A DNA stretch of 63,307 nucleotides, filler included, from Octopus bimaculoides (taxonomy: Eukaryota): NCBI RefSeq assembly GCF_001194135.2. It is 7 parts of 7 records of this genome, joined end to end, with 100 filler letters (N's around TTAATTAATTAA, not from the genome) between each part and the next. Parts side by side here need not be neighbours in the genome. Positions count along the whole stretch, not along the records: positions 26,731 to 58,686 come from NC_068988.1; positions 58,787 to 59,838 come from NW_026390932.1; positions 59,939 to 61,731 come from NW_026325087.1; positions 61,832 to 63,307 come from NW_026428306.1; 3 more parts are not named here. The stretch is one strand, 5' to 3'. Of the stretch, positions 48,680-62,249 are shown piece by piece; position 1 is the stretch's first letter; each line of letters starts with the position of its first letter. Both the position numbers and the translations under genes were made by a program. The notes below the pieces were generated by a model. It was not told the DNA's origin. It saw only the letters and a list, made by a program, of their open reading frames with translations, and did no database searches.

Positions 48680-48779
48680 ATACCTTTTACGAGAAGCGAG
48701 AATATTATTCTGTCCACGGTAACTATAGTGAATTTGCTTTTAGAAGTTGAAATATGATACAATCATATTTTAACTGACT
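48680..48779 (+). pseudogene. Decayed tandem copy of the 48349 segment
   Basis: IPFTRSENIILSTVTIVNLLLEVEI*YNHILTD is colinear with copy 1; TGT->TGA and the GT donor is lost. Confidence 0.4.
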
Positions 48780-49074
48780 TATATATACCTTCTTTTATTT
48801 GTGGATCAACAAGGTTGTGAGAGAAAATTCTCCAGCAATATCAAGCCTGGAACACAGGACATAGGTATATATTACCATCATGGGGACGAGTACCATGGTC
48901 CCATGTGACGCACGTTTGATAATTGTGGAGAAATGTTTTGACAGCATGAAAATAACAGTAGCCTTGTTAGCCTACAAATAAAGAATATTTATTCACCTAT
49001 ACGGTGTAGAGCATTCATTTTCACTGTTCAACATTAGCGTATATCTATCTATGTATTTATATATATAAATATAT

Positions 49075-49372
49075 GGCGCAGAAGTGGCTGTGTGGTAAGT
49101 AGCTTGCTTACCAACCAAATGGTTCCGGGTTCAGTCCCACTGCGTGACACCTTGGGCAAGTGTCTTCTACTATAACCTCGGGCCGACCAAAGCCTTGTGG
49201 GTAGATCTGGTAGACGGAAACTGAAAGAAGCTGAAAGAAGTGTGTGCTTATGTTTCTCCCTGCACTGTTCCTTGACAACCGATATTGGTGTGTTTACGTC
49301 CCTGTAAGTTAGCGGTTCGGCCAAATAGAGCGATAAAATAAATACTAGGCTGAAACAAATAAAAGAATAAAA

Positions 49373-49377
<5 letters not shown>
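49075..49377 (+). mobile_element. SINE family B, near full length, linker deleted
   Basis: ggcgcagaagtggctgtgtggtaagtagcttgcttaccaacc...gaaactgaaagaagctgaaagaag...gttagcggttcggcc...aaataaaagaataaaagaata. Confidence 0.9.
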
Positions 49378-49409
<32 letters not shown>

Positions 49410-50012
49410 CAAAGTAAAGGTATTGTCGAGTAGTGTTAAATAGTTCCTCAGTTAAACACCATCAGTTGATTAGTTACGTGTCAATAGCAATGTCTACTTT
49501 ATTGCAGACATCAGTGCCATTTCGTTAGTCGGAGGTTCTTCCTTTCTTCCTACCACATATTACAGAATTATTCAAGTGGGTCATATGCTCCGTCTATCCT
49601 CTTCAAGCTGATACATTAACTATTTTTAGTGTACAGAATGTAAGTAAACATTTGAAGATACTAAGAAACGTCTTAACAGTGGAAAGACAATAGATAAAGA
49701 TGTGCCAGGTTTAGTTGAAGCAACCCTTTCTAATGATCGCCCCGAGAGTTACCAAAACTATTTTACAAATTTCCATTTTTATATTCTCTTCGAGAGCCAA
49801 GACTTAATTGTAGCTACAAAAGTGTCATTAAAAGTAATTATTCGCTTTTAAATATGTATCATTAACAAGATTGGCATTAATGAAGAACTATTTCTCAGAT
49901 AGATAAGCACGTGTGTGTGTTTGTGTGTGATTGTTTGTGTGTGATTGTTTGTGTGTATGTCTGTGTGTGTGTGTCAGTGTGTTTATGTGTGTGCTAACTT
50001 TCCTTCAACAGA

Positions 50013-50062
<50 letters not shown>

Positions 50063-50869
50063 NNNNNNNNNNNNNNNNNNNNNNNNNNNNNNNNNNNNNN
50101 NNNNNNNNNNNNNNNNNNNNNNNNNNNNNNNNNNNNNNNNNNNNNNNNNNNNNNNNNNNNNNNNNNNNNNNNNNNNNNNNNNNNNNNNNNNNNNNNNNNN
50201 NNNNNNNNNNNNNNNNNNNNNNNNNNNNNNNNNNNNNNNNNNNNNNNNNNNNNNNNNNNNNNNNNNNNNNNNNNNNNNNNTATATATATATATATATATA
50301 TATATGTACATACATGTAAATGTACATTTTCTATGTAATATAAACACATATATGTAATTAAACTTTTCTCCAGATATTCTAAAATCATTCAGTTTCAGTG
50401 TCTTGACTGAGTTTGAACCTAGTCATTAACCATTATCAATTTGCCAATTTTCATACATAAGTGTAACCAAGAGATTTACTGCCCATGTCTGAAAATGATC
50501 AATTCTTCTGAGCTTGCTTGTTCCAGTCATTCAGTTTTAATCTTAATGTAAAAACCATCTGGGGAGAAAGTAGCTTGCCATCATTGCATCAATTCTCCTA
50601 ATTAAAATGGCTGAAATCCCATCACACCGTCGTTTCTCATTAAATTCTAACTTTTGTAATGCTCCCCCCTCTCTCTTTGTATACTAACAACAACAACAAC
50701 AACAATAACCGCAAAAAACCAACAACAACGGCGAAGACGACAACAACGGCAACAACAACAACGACAGCAGCAATAATTAATTAATTAATTAATTAATTAA
50801 CGTCATCATCACTATCACCATTGTTGTTAGTAGAACGAGTATCATTTACATCTTATTTATTATCAGTAG

Positions 50870-51589
50870 AATGGGATTGATAGGCAGAATGGTTAGCGTG
50901 TCAGACAAAATGCCTTGCAGTATATCTTGCAGCTCTTTTATGTCCCGTGTTCAAATTACGACGAGGCCAACTTTGACTTTCATCTCTACGGGGTCAATTG
51001 AGTATTAGTGTTGGTGTTGATTGCATCGATTAATCCCGTCCCCGTGAATTTCAGGTCTGGTGCTTATGTAAGAGTTTATTTTTATAGGGATGGAGAGATT
51101 GGAATTGTAAATTATCAGGCAAAAGAACTTGAAATCTGACAAGCTAGTGAGGGTTACGAAACAGGTAGAAAACGAGTAGGGCTTTGCTAAATGCTGGAGA
51201 GCAAGAGAAATAAGACAATAAAAAAAAACATTTGGAAAAAGAAAACACTACAGTATGAGACAAAAACACAAGAGGAGAAACCCACCATCCTAACTCCAGT
51301 CAAAATTGAATTTCACACTTCTTCAGAAAACAAACGAACCGATAGAACTAAAAAAACGAATTGAAAGAAGGTAAGGAAAAGAATATGCTTACGTTTAGGA
51401 TGCTAATGTAGAAGCATTACGTAGCGGCGTTTCTCCTGGCTCCTTACGTTCTCAGTGCAAACTCCCCCGAAGTTGATTTGTTTTTCATCTTTTCGACGTC
51501 GATAAAATAAGTATCAGACGAGTACTGAGGTCGATGTAATCGGCTTATACTTCCCCCGAAATTGCTGGTCATGTGCCAAAATTTGAAAC

Positions 51590-51600
<11 letters not shown>
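50870..51600 (+). mobile_element. Two decayed SINE family A copies (about 50870-51080 and 51400-51600)
   Basis: ggcagaatggttagcgtgtcagacaaaatgc...; cgataaaataagtatcagacgagtactgaggtcgatgtaatcgg. Confidence 0.7.
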
Positions 51601-51649
<49 letters not shown>

Positions 51650-51699
51650 CTTTTTTCAGTTTTCTTTCTATTCCTTGCCAAGTGACTTCCCAACAAAGA

Positions 51700-51928
51700 A
51701 ACTCACTGTATACATTGGTAGGCTGTCAAAATGAACAGATCAGAGTGTTCATTTACAAAGTCAATGATGGTAAACCAGGGATCATCCTCCAATAATTCTC
51801 AGTTCCATTTTTGATCATTCCAAGTGCTCCTACAATCACCGGTATTGTATCCGTCCTGAGATGCCGCATTGTTTTCAATTTCAATCAGCAAATCTTTATA
51901 TTTTCTGAGCTTACCAAATTCTTTTGTT
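51700..51928 (-). mobile_element. R4/Dong-like LINE endonuclease C-terminal fragment
   Basis: KEFGKLRKYKDLLIEIE / MRHLRTDTIPVIVGALGMIKNGTENYWRMIPGLPSL (one frameshift). Confidence 0.85.
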
Positions 51929-51930
51929 AG

Positions 51931-52002
<72 letters not shown>

Positions 52003-53135
52003 GCTGTTGTTGTTGCTGTTGTTGTTGTTGTTGTAGTGTTTTTGTCTAAATGAATGTCTCTTAAATAATGGCTCCATGGAAATTAGTGCTTAAACAAGTT
52101 TTACTGGACAAAAATTATTACTTTTTTTGGACTAGTTTGAAAATAGTGGAGGTTAGAACATCATGTCTACCTGAAATAGATAGAAAGTCTGTTTCAAACA
52201 TCACTTTATTTTTTCCGGATTTCTATTGTCAGCATTAACTGTTAATATGGCTTCCAGTCCTAGAAGAGCTGACAGAGCTAAAAACACGGGAGGAAGCACT
52301 GACTAAGCCCTCTGAAAATAAAATTGATATCCGAGTACACGAAAACAAATTTAATGATATTCAAAATTTAAAAAAAAAAAAATGACTAACAGAAAGAAGA
52401 ATATATTCTCAAATAGAGAAAGTCATATTAGATGTCCGAAAATGTAAATTTTTTATCACACAACAAACATAATAAAAGCGTACATGCGCACTTAAAGTTA
52501 TTAAAAATGAAGAGAATAACAAAAATTCAACCGACTGAATGGAGATATCGCACTGAGAAATAGAAATAATGCTGTCATCCGTTTTTCTTTCACTAGAGCT
52601 ACCTAAAACAGATTAAAATTATTTGGCGGAGGAAAGGTCTGCTTGGCAGAGTGATAAGAGTAAGCTCATCAATGCTACAATCATTCATCAGAGTTTGAGA
52701 ACTAACTTGTCTCTGCATTTCGATAGTTACAATCTGACGAAATAGCAACTGCAGGTAACTCGACCCGAAACGTGGAATGAGATCAGTATGAGTTGTTTAG
52801 AAAATCAAAGTGGGATCGAGGATAGAGCCCCTCTCAGTTAGTGCATCACATACCTACGCATAGACTAGTCCCACGGAATTTGGGACGAAGAAACCAGAGG
52901 ACAGCGTAACAGACGTCTCTTGTTTTTACACAATTGGAAAGGTGAAGTATTTATGTTGTGTTCCTGTGACACGTAAGATTATAGGAGTGAGACTAAGGCT
53001 CATGACTATCAGAGTTCGTCATACTATTCAATCACTCACAGTTCATACTTATTGTTAATGTTGTTGCTTCAGCCTTTAATGAGAACTGAACCGTCGTGGC
53101 TGTTTTCTTCATCAGTACCAATCTAAATTCTATCA

Positions 53136-53166
<31 letters not shown>

Positions 53167-54574
53167 AACGACCACCACCACCACCACCACCACCACCACC
53201 ACCACCATCATCATCCTGAAGCTGTTTTTGTACTTCAGACATTGAATACAATATTTTCTGGAATTTCAGTTTCTCATTCCTTCTCATGCAAGTAAGAATA
53301 CATACACATATATACACACACACGCATATATACATACGCACATACGTGTACATGCATAAATATATGCATGAACACATGCACAAATACTTACAAAGTTACA
53401 TACCTATATGTCTATGTATAGACATATACATGTACATATATATTTGTGTGATGCACACACACACACACGCACACGCACGCACGCACACACGCATATACAT
53501 ACATACGCAGATATGTGAATGTATGTGTGTATGTATTATGTATGTATGTATGTATGTACAGTAGACACCAACTGAGCTCAGACTACACAAATCTCTTGGG
53601 TAGATGAGGAGAGAAACAATGCACGAATTACCCGATTTTTAAATGTTCCATTAAGCATAAAGATGTGAAGAGCAAGTCTTTACATTTGTCTTTAAAAGTC
53701 AGTCAGTTTGTTAAGTAGATTTTCAAAGAACTGTTCTCTACCTAACAAATTTCAATAGACATTCTGGAGAAGTTGTGTAAAAGTGTATAGTTAACTCTAT
53801 TTAATATAAAAGTTAACTTCTGCATATAATTTACCTTGATTGGTTCAGATTGTTGACACTGCTTTCATTCAGAATATCGTCTAAGTGGTTCTGTACCATT
53901 GTTCTCTCTGAAATTGTTACTGAGATCTTATATCGACATCTAGAACCTGGTTACCTTAGTGTTATTTTTATTGCTTAATCGGGAGGGAAGGGCAGTGATC
54001 CTGATTCTTTTTCAGGAGCCTGCAAGACTGCTGAGAACAAGAAACCGACGATCTGGTTTGAATACTTTCGAGAGAATGAACTCAGCTAAATGCGTCCAAG
54101 GATAAGGAGATAATTTAAAACCGAGTGATGGATAACGTCTACCATCCACTAGGCCATGCCAGGAATTGAACTAAAAGACCACCCAACGCTCTTAACTGTT
54201 AACCTATTCTCCGCTTGAAATTGAAACATTACATATCGACTCCAGAGGGATGAGAGACTAAGCTAGCTGTAGTAGAATTTGAACTCACGAAGAAAGGAGC
54301 TGGAATAAAACCGGAAGATATTTCGTTCGGCTCTAACAAACTCTGCCAATTCTCTGACTGTTTATCGTTTTTGTTTAATTTCTTATCAAGGCTGAAGTAG
54401 CTAACTCCTGAAACCGAGAGAACTAATGATGGTCTGTATTGACAAAAAGTTAAAGTAAAAGACTTCTCTTTTACCTCACGGAAACTTCTGTTCTGATGTA
54501 GCTTAATTACAACGTATAAGTTGTCAGTTAAAAATATGTTCATGTGATCCTTGAGTCTATTGTACCAGATATGT

Positions 54575-54765
54575 AATCCTTACTACTATAGGCTCAAGGC
54601 CTGAAATTTGGGGGTGGAGGATAGTCGATTAAATCAACCCCAGTACTCAACTGGTACTTATTTTATCGACCCCAAGCGGATGAAAGGCAAAGTCCACCTC
54701 GGTGGGATTTGAACTCAGAACGTAAAGACGGACGAAATATCCTGAAGCATTTCACTTAGCGTATG
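54575..54765 (-). mobile_element. SINE family A (others at about 54180-54330, 56350-56410, 56530-56690)
   Basis: ccttactactataggctcaaggcctgaaatttggggg...ccccagtactcaactggtacttattttatcgacccc...gggatttgaactcagaacgtaaagacggacgaaatatcc. Confidence 0.85.
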
Positions 54766-55079
54766 TACCAGATATATAGTGTCTCTTCAAAGCGCGAGCA
54801 CACTGTACACTCCAGGCATATAATGGTTTATTGTAGAATGTTATGAAGCTATCTGGAAATGTCACTGGCCACTCAAAAAAAGTCTATTTTCGTATGTCAA
54901 TACATTTGGTAATGGTAACAACCTCGATTAGTGAAGACAGGCAAGGTGGATTTGATTGAAGCAGAGTAGTTACACTTTTTACTTCCACGTCATTAGTGGT
55001 GCGTTTTTAAATACACTAAAGTTATTGTAGTTTCTCATATTTATGTGTGTAAATCTCTGTTTATGGTTTTATATTTGTG

Positions 55080-55650
55080 TCCTGAGATTCTGTTGATATG
55101 TCTGGATGTTTTAAATGAGGCTGTAATTACTTTCATTCTGACTTCGTGGATTGGTTTTGCTGCAGCGATAAATTGCTTCCTTTAAATGTCTCGAAGGTCT
55201 TTCATTTTGAGTATTGTGCAGGTAGCACATAAACGTGTGATCTTCTTTGTGTGGTTTGTTACAGAAAAATTGGGACCCAGGCAAGATTGGAATAATCCAC
55301 AATGGATTTAATTGCAGAATAGCGTTATTGTTTTTTGTGCTAACCAAATGTAGTATCCGCGAGTGTTTTAAATATGCATTATTTTGCTTTATTTCATTTT
55401 CTATGTGCGTTGTAAATTTTGTGCAGGTTTTGTAAGTAACTTGAAGCGTACTTTTTCTGTGTGACATGTTCATGTTATTAGAGGTATTAGTTTGCTCTGT
55501 AGTAAATATTCACTAGAATTGTGTAAAAAAGAAGCTAGTGAATTTAGTAGATTTTAATTTTAGTGGTAGTAATTGTTGGTTCTAAATATGTTGTGATCCA
55601 ATCATTTAAACCTTGTATTTCTTTGAGAGAGATCTGGTCGTAATTTCTAG
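55080..55650 (-). mobile_element. Possible decayed PLE endonuclease region
   Basis: Minus strand NIYYRAKL..., YYIWLAQK, RLCATCTILK loosely resembles the IIY....YIW.LK....C.LC pattern; many stops. Confidence 0.3.
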
Positions 55651-55692
55651 ACAGCTTTGCACCCACACGGAAATTCAATTGGTTCGTTTTAA

Positions 55693-55739
<47 letters not shown>

Positions 55740-57128
55740 GGTGAGGTGTTTTCACAGTAGAGAGATAATATGATTGTGATAGTATGTATAAGGCTATGTA
55801 AGTGTAGACAGGTAGACTTTGTATGAGCTAGAATGAGTAAATGAGAAGACGGACCAATATGTTAATACCGTTTAAGGAAGAATAGGTCCTAGAGATTTTA
55901 TTACGATACACAGGGCTGGATTAACCATTTACAAAATAAACAAGTGTTTTATGACACCAAAGGAAGGAAATACCACAGCATTTGTTTTCAGTCACAGATT
56001 CCCCATAGGCAAATAGTGAATTGCAACAATTTTCATTGTAAATTAATAAAATTAATGTAAAAATTTTATTTTTCCATGTTGAACTTAGTGGACTTAGCAG
56101 CGGAGTCCCAGAACAAAGAAGACAACACTTCACTCTCCACACTTATTTTCCTTTTCAAGTAAAACATGAAGAAGTTGATCAGAGATTGGCCAAAGAGAAA
56201 AATGTTTGTCTTCAGCCTCTTCAATTTCGTCCATCATCATACAGCTTTCGCCATGGCCACCAAGCATATAAAAAATTTTCAAAGTTCGGCGAGGCCAGCA
56301 GGTTCAGGACAGGGGATAGTAAATAACGTCGTATCTAGTCCTTTACGGATTGTTATTCGGGTAATAATTTTATCGACCCCGAAAGGATGAAAGGCAAAGT
56401 AGACCTCTACGGAGTAATAATAATAATAATAAAAATAGCAACACGGTGTTGTTTGCTCTAACAGAATTAACAAGAGCGAGTAAGATAGAGAGATCTGAGA
56501 AGTAAAATATAATAATAACAATAACAGCTTCAAAATGAGGCACAAGGCTACCGAGTTTAAAGGAGTGCGATAATCGAATAGATCAACCCTAGTGTTCAAT
56601 TGGTACCTTTTCTTTATCAGCACCAAAAGAATGAAAGGCGAAGTTGATCCTCGAAGAATTTTGACCCAGAACATAAAGAGCTGAGAGAAATCCTACTGTT
56701 TCTAACAGTGGCACAAATACAATGAATAGGACTTGGGCATTCATTGTTAAATATATCTTCTGCAGTATCTAACTTCTCTTAAATTGATTTCAGTCAAATG
56801 GATGAAACACAATCAACACTTGCAGGACTTGAACTGTAGACTAAAAATTACACAACGATATACTACTGTGTGGCATTTTTAACAAGTGATCTGATGCTCT
56901 CCCCCAAATCATAATAATTGCATTTCTCCACCTTTTCCTCATCATTCTGAACGTCCATCACCCTCGTCGCCGACATCATCATCATCATCACCGCCGGCAT
57001 CAACATGACTATGATCGTAATCACGCTCATTTGTATGCAAATGATTGATGTGAAGAATGGCGATAGGATTATGAAATAAGGAAACAAATACATAAAAATA
57101 TACACATACATACATATACATACATATA

Positions 57129-57162
<34 letters not shown>

Positions 57163-57700
57163 NNNNNNNNNNNNNNNNNNNNNNNNNNNNNNNNNNNNNN
57201 NNNNNNNNNNNNNNNNNNNNNNNNNNNNNNNNNNNNNNNNNNNNNNNNNNNNNNNNNNNNNNNNNNNNNNNNNNNNNNNNNNNNNNNNNNNNNNNNNNNN
57301 NNNNNNNNNNNNNNNNNNNNNNNNNNNNNNNNNNNNNNNNNNNNNNNNNNNNNNNNNNNNNNNNNNNNNNNNNNNNNNNNNNNNNNNNNNNNNNNNNNNN
57401 NNNNNNNNNNNNNNNNNNNNNNNNNNNNNNNNNNNNNNNNNNNNNNNNNNNNNNNNNNNNNNNNNNNNNNNNNNNNNNNNNNNNNNNNNNNNNNNNNNNN
57501 NNNNNNNNNNNNNNNNNNNNNNNNNNNNNNNNNNNNNNNNNNNNNNNNNNNNNNNNNNNNNNNNNNNNNNNNNNNNNNNNNNNNNNNNNNNNNNNNNNNN
57601 NNNNNNNNNNNNNNNNNNNNNNNNNNNNNNNNNNNNNNNNNNNNNNNNNNNNNNNNNNNNNNNNNNNNNNNNNNNNNNNNNNNNNNNNNNNNNNNNNNNN

Positions 57701-57759
<59 letters not shown>

Positions 57760-58028
57760 TATGTGTGTGTTTAATGTATATGTATGGATATATTTAAGTA
57801 TAAATTTACGTATATATACACCTATATGCGTATATATAAATGCATATGCATAAATATATACATATATTTCTCTCTATATATAAATATAATCTGTATCAGC
57901 ATGCCTGCATATATGTATGTGCTTGTGTGTGCGTTCACATATACATACATATGCGGATACGTATACTTCCACATGTAAACACACACACAAACACATGCGC
58001 GTATCTATAAGTGTGTATATAATGCGTG

Positions 58029-58084
<56 letters not shown>

Positions 58085-60536
58085 TAGGGAGGTGTATGCA
58101 GGATGCATATATCTGTTAGTGTTACAGTGAAACCGATATCTTTAAGTTGGAACTTTATCATTGCAAATCATAGGGAATCAAAGAAGAACAGATCGTAGCA
58201 GGAAATTACATGTACTGCAATTTTATTATCTTGGAAGACTTCAAAGCAAAATAATGATAAGGAACCCACCAAAAAAAAAAAAAAAAAAAAAAAAAANNNN
58301 NNNNNNNNNNNNTATATATATATATATATATATATATGCATGTGTGTATGTAGAAATGCGCGCGCGTGTGTGCATGCGTGTATGTGTATATATACTTACA
58401 AACACCCACCTAGTCGTGTATATATTTTATATTTCGAATGAAGACAATGATTTTTATTGTCCCTACGATATATGTATATACATATATATATGCACATATA
58501 TATGTATAGACATACATACACACACATACGCATACATGCATACACACATTCACATCATACATGCACACATGCACACACATATATATAAGTATAGGGGGAG
58601 AGAGTGAGAGAGTTATTATTCTTCATTATTGCATAAATGTATATAAATACATGAATACATACATACATACATATATATATATATATNNNNNNNNNNNNNN
58701 NNNNNNNNNNNNNNNNNNNNNNNNNNNNNNTTAATTAATTAANNNNNNNNNNNNNNNNNNNNNNNNNNNNNNNNNNNNNNNNNNNNGTATGCGTTGTCCA
58801 TCCTGCTATCTGGTAGCGTTCAAATCTCTAACGGTTTTTTCAAATGAATTACGTCATAACATTATCCAACTATAGTTCTCATACTCGGTCATAATGTCTT
58901 ACGTTTAGGATGATTCCCATTACATTTCCCTGAGGAGAAGTTTACATTTTTAACATCGCCGATTCCTATGGATCGCATAAATTGTAATTCTTCGAAACAT
59001 ATGTCGGAATAAAGTATGCAGTTATAACATGCGTTTTCTCCATTCCTTAAATTTTTTATATATATGTATATATATATGTATATACAAACACATGCATATA
59101 TATATCTATATATATGTATATATACACACACACGCATATATAGTCTGGTAGAAATTGTTGTACGATTACAAATGAAAGGAAAAAAAAAACTAAATTAGAA
59201 ATATCAAACATCTTTAATTTATGCAGACATAAAATCTGCCATGTTAATATTTTATTCAAAATGTCTGCCACAATCGCTAGGCAGGCTTCGAAACTTTTAA
59301 GTACAGATTAACAAACAATGAAACGTTGAGCAGCTATCAAGTGACAAAGGAACCGAAGCAGATGGTGTTGTCACAGCTGGAACGCCTTCGATAATAACTA
59401 TGTTCGTTCGATAAGTCAGATTTTAGATCTTATCAAACGACATTATGTCGTATAGAAAGTTTCTGTTTTACCACGCAACGATATATAACTGACATTACGG
59501 TATCATGTGTCTTTTGTCACTAAGCTTTGAGCTGTTCCAGTCATTGGACTGCGGCCACGCTGGGGCAGCGCCTTGGAAGGTATTTGTTCAATCGGTCACT
59601 TCTCTGGAACCGCTAAGTTATTGAGTTGCGGTGATGTAAACAAAGCAATACCGACTGTCGAGCGTGGTTGAGGGACAAGCACGTCCTCGTAACTTTGCAG
59701 TTCGGCAAAAAGACCGATAGAATAAGTACTAGGCTTACAAAGCATGGCCGCATTCAAATGACTGAGACAAATAAAAGAATAATGAATGGAGTAAAACGCA
59801 TATTTTAACTGCATACTCCATTCATTAAATTTATATATNNNNNNNNNNNNNNNNNNNNNNNNNNNNNNNNNNNNNNNNNNNNTTAATTAATTAANNNNNN
59901 NNNNNNNNNNNNNNNNNNNNNNNNNNNNNNNNNNNNNNCACCATGTATAGACTTTATTTTGTATTTAGTTTACCAGATTTTTAATGTGGATTCGAGTGTT
60001 GAAACAAATTTTGTTGTGCCTACAGAGAGTCATGACACACACGCACACACACATACACGCAAGCACACACACATACAAACGCATACACGCACACATACAC
60101 ACGAAAGCAAAGACTGAAGACTTTAGTGTATTTTTAATTCCATGTTACAACACCCTGACCACTTGGCTATGCGTCCACACTACATGCTTACAAACAGTCA
60201 GACACAAGGACACACATTCACACACACACATACAAAGCATATACACAAACACATACACGCACTGGCGCTCGCGCGCGCACACTCACGCGTGCTCATATAT
60301 ACACCAATACTCACAAGCGGATTACAGAACAATTTATTAAACAAAGTCTGTGTTAGAAATTTATTTACTCAAGTTGCTGAGCAGTGAGATTGAACAGATG
60401 ATTCGTTGATTACCAAGAAGATTTCTTAAATACTGGCAGCCCTTATGTAAAAAAAATTCGATGTAAAACAAATTTTGTGTCCCTTAGAACAAGTACAACT
60501 GTCAATGGACATGGGATATTTTTTGTAGTATATATT

Positions 60537-61205
60537 TTTTCTACTCTAGGCACAAGGCCCGGTATTTTGGGAGAGGGAGCAGTCGATTAAATCTACCTCA
60601 GTACGCAACTGGTACTTAATTTATCGACCCCGAAATGATTAAAGGCAAGGTCGACCTCGGCGGCATTTGAACTCAGAATGTATAGACAGATGAAATACCG
60701 CCATACATTTCGCCCGGCGTGCTAACGTTTCTTATTTCTTTATTGCACACAAGGGGGATAAACACAGAGGAAACAAACAAGGACATACAAAGGGATAAAG
60801 TCGATTACATCGGCCTCAGTACGCAACTAGTATTTAATTTATCAACCCCGAAAGGATGAAAGGCAAAGTCGACCTCGGCGGAATTTGAACTCAAAACGTA
60901 ACACCAGACGAAATACCACTATACATTTCGCCTGGCGTGCTAACGTTTCTTTCAGCACACCGCTCTTGTGTAGTATATATTATATTATTGTCAGGCTTCC
61001 ATCTGGCAGAATCGTTAGTATGCTGGGGAAAATGCTCAGAGCCATTCATCCATCTTCACTTTCAGAGTTCAAATTTCGCCGATGTCGAATCTGCCTTTCA
61101 TTCGTTCGGAGTCAATAAAATGAGTACCAGTTTGATACAGGGGTTGATGTATTGGACTTAACTTGCATCCAAAATTTCTGGCCTTGTGCCAAGTTTTGAA
61201 ACCAG
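60537..61205. mobile_element. SINE family A cluster: two minus copies (about 60537-60730, 60730-60950) and one plus copy (about 61000-61205)
   Basis: Repeated gtcgacctcggcgg(c/a)atttgaactca...catttcgcc(c/t)ggcgtgctaacgtttctt; plus copy ctggcagaatcgttagtatgctgggg...gagttcaaatttcgccg. Confidence 0.9.
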
Positions 61206-61340
61206 TATATATTTTATTAAGTTGTGCTGTTGGCTAAAGTAACGATGTCAAACTACAGCAATCCTAACGTTTGATCGTTTCATGCTTTAACAATGTATTC
61301 CATTGAATAAATTAATTTACTTAATAACTTCTCTTTACAG

Positions 61341-61463
61341 GTCACACAAAACTCCAAAGGAAATACTAAGATTAACAGCTATGTTCTTGCTGCCAACGTT
61401 CCTAACATTTCAATAAGCAACCTTGATGAACCAGTTAAAATATCCTTCAATTTGATAAACCAG
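61341..61463 (+). CDS. Adhesion GPCR GAIN-domain exon (ADGRG-like)
   Basis: Acceptor acttctctttacAG, donor CAG|gtaata; 123 nt, phase 0-0. VTQNSKGNTKINSYVLAANVPNISISNLDEPVKISFNLINQ fits the GAIN NS.V.SA.V....I.NL.EPV.I.F motif that precedes the GPS. Confidence 0.85.
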
Positions 61464-61831
61464 GTAATAGCTGTGTATTTATTATTGCTGCTTTTGCTGT
61501 TTATGTTCATGTCATCCGTAACCCAGTCAACCTATGATGAAACGCATTCCATTCCTGACCACCACGTCGTTTTGTACTTAATTAAATATTTCGCGAACTA
61601 GTCCATCCAATGTATTTTTCTTCCAATGTTATGAGGATGCAGTGTAAATTATGAGAAAAGACATAGATTTATAAACAAGATGAAATGGTCAGTTAAACTA
61701 GGTCACAGCATCTGATATGGACTTCACAATGNNNNNNNNNNNNNNNNNNNNNNNNNNNNNNNNNNNNNNNNNNNNTTAATTAATTAANNNNNNNNNNNNN
61801 NNNNNNNNNNNNNNNNNNNNNNNNNNNNNNN

Positions 61832-62196
61832 TGTGGGCCTGAACCTGGAACCATGTGGTTGGGAAGGATCCTTCTTATGTCTTCATTGCCCACAAGGGGC
61901 TAAACACAGAGGGGGACAAACAAGGACAGACAAACGGATTAAGTCGATTATACCGACCCCAGTACGTAACTGGTACTTATTTAATCGACCCCGAAAGGAT
62001 GAAAGGCAAAATCGAAGGATCCTTCTTACCACACAGCCACCCCTGCGCCTATCTCACGGTACATATTTTATCAATTTCGAAAGGATGACAAGCAAAGTCG
62101 ACCTCGGTGGATTGTGAACTCAGAACGTAAGGGCGGACAAAATGCCGGAAAGCATTTTGTTCGGCGTGCAATCAATTCTTCCAGCTCACCGCCTTA
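61832..62196 (-). mobile_element. Nested SINEs: family A fragment (61878-62013) inside a family B head, plus an adjacent family A copy
   Basis: 15-bp direct repeat gaaggatccttctta at 61863-61877 and 62014-62028. Confidence 0.85.
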
Positions 62197-62249
62197 ATAA
62201 CAAGAACACTTAGAAGAACATTTGTACTCTTTTCAACACTTCTCACCGC

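Noticed and set aside
49660-49850. Open frame EDTKKRLNSGKTIDKDVPG...
   Set aside because: No convincing acceptor or donor and no recognised motif.
50775-50800. Another synthetic TTAATTAATTAA spacer
   Set aside because: Not flanked by Ns; it is a natural (TAAT)n microsatellite.
52597-52745. Exon-like segment with several N-glycosylation sequons
   Set aside because: The sequon-rich frame has a TAA between the acceptor and the sequons; the open frame is unremarkable.
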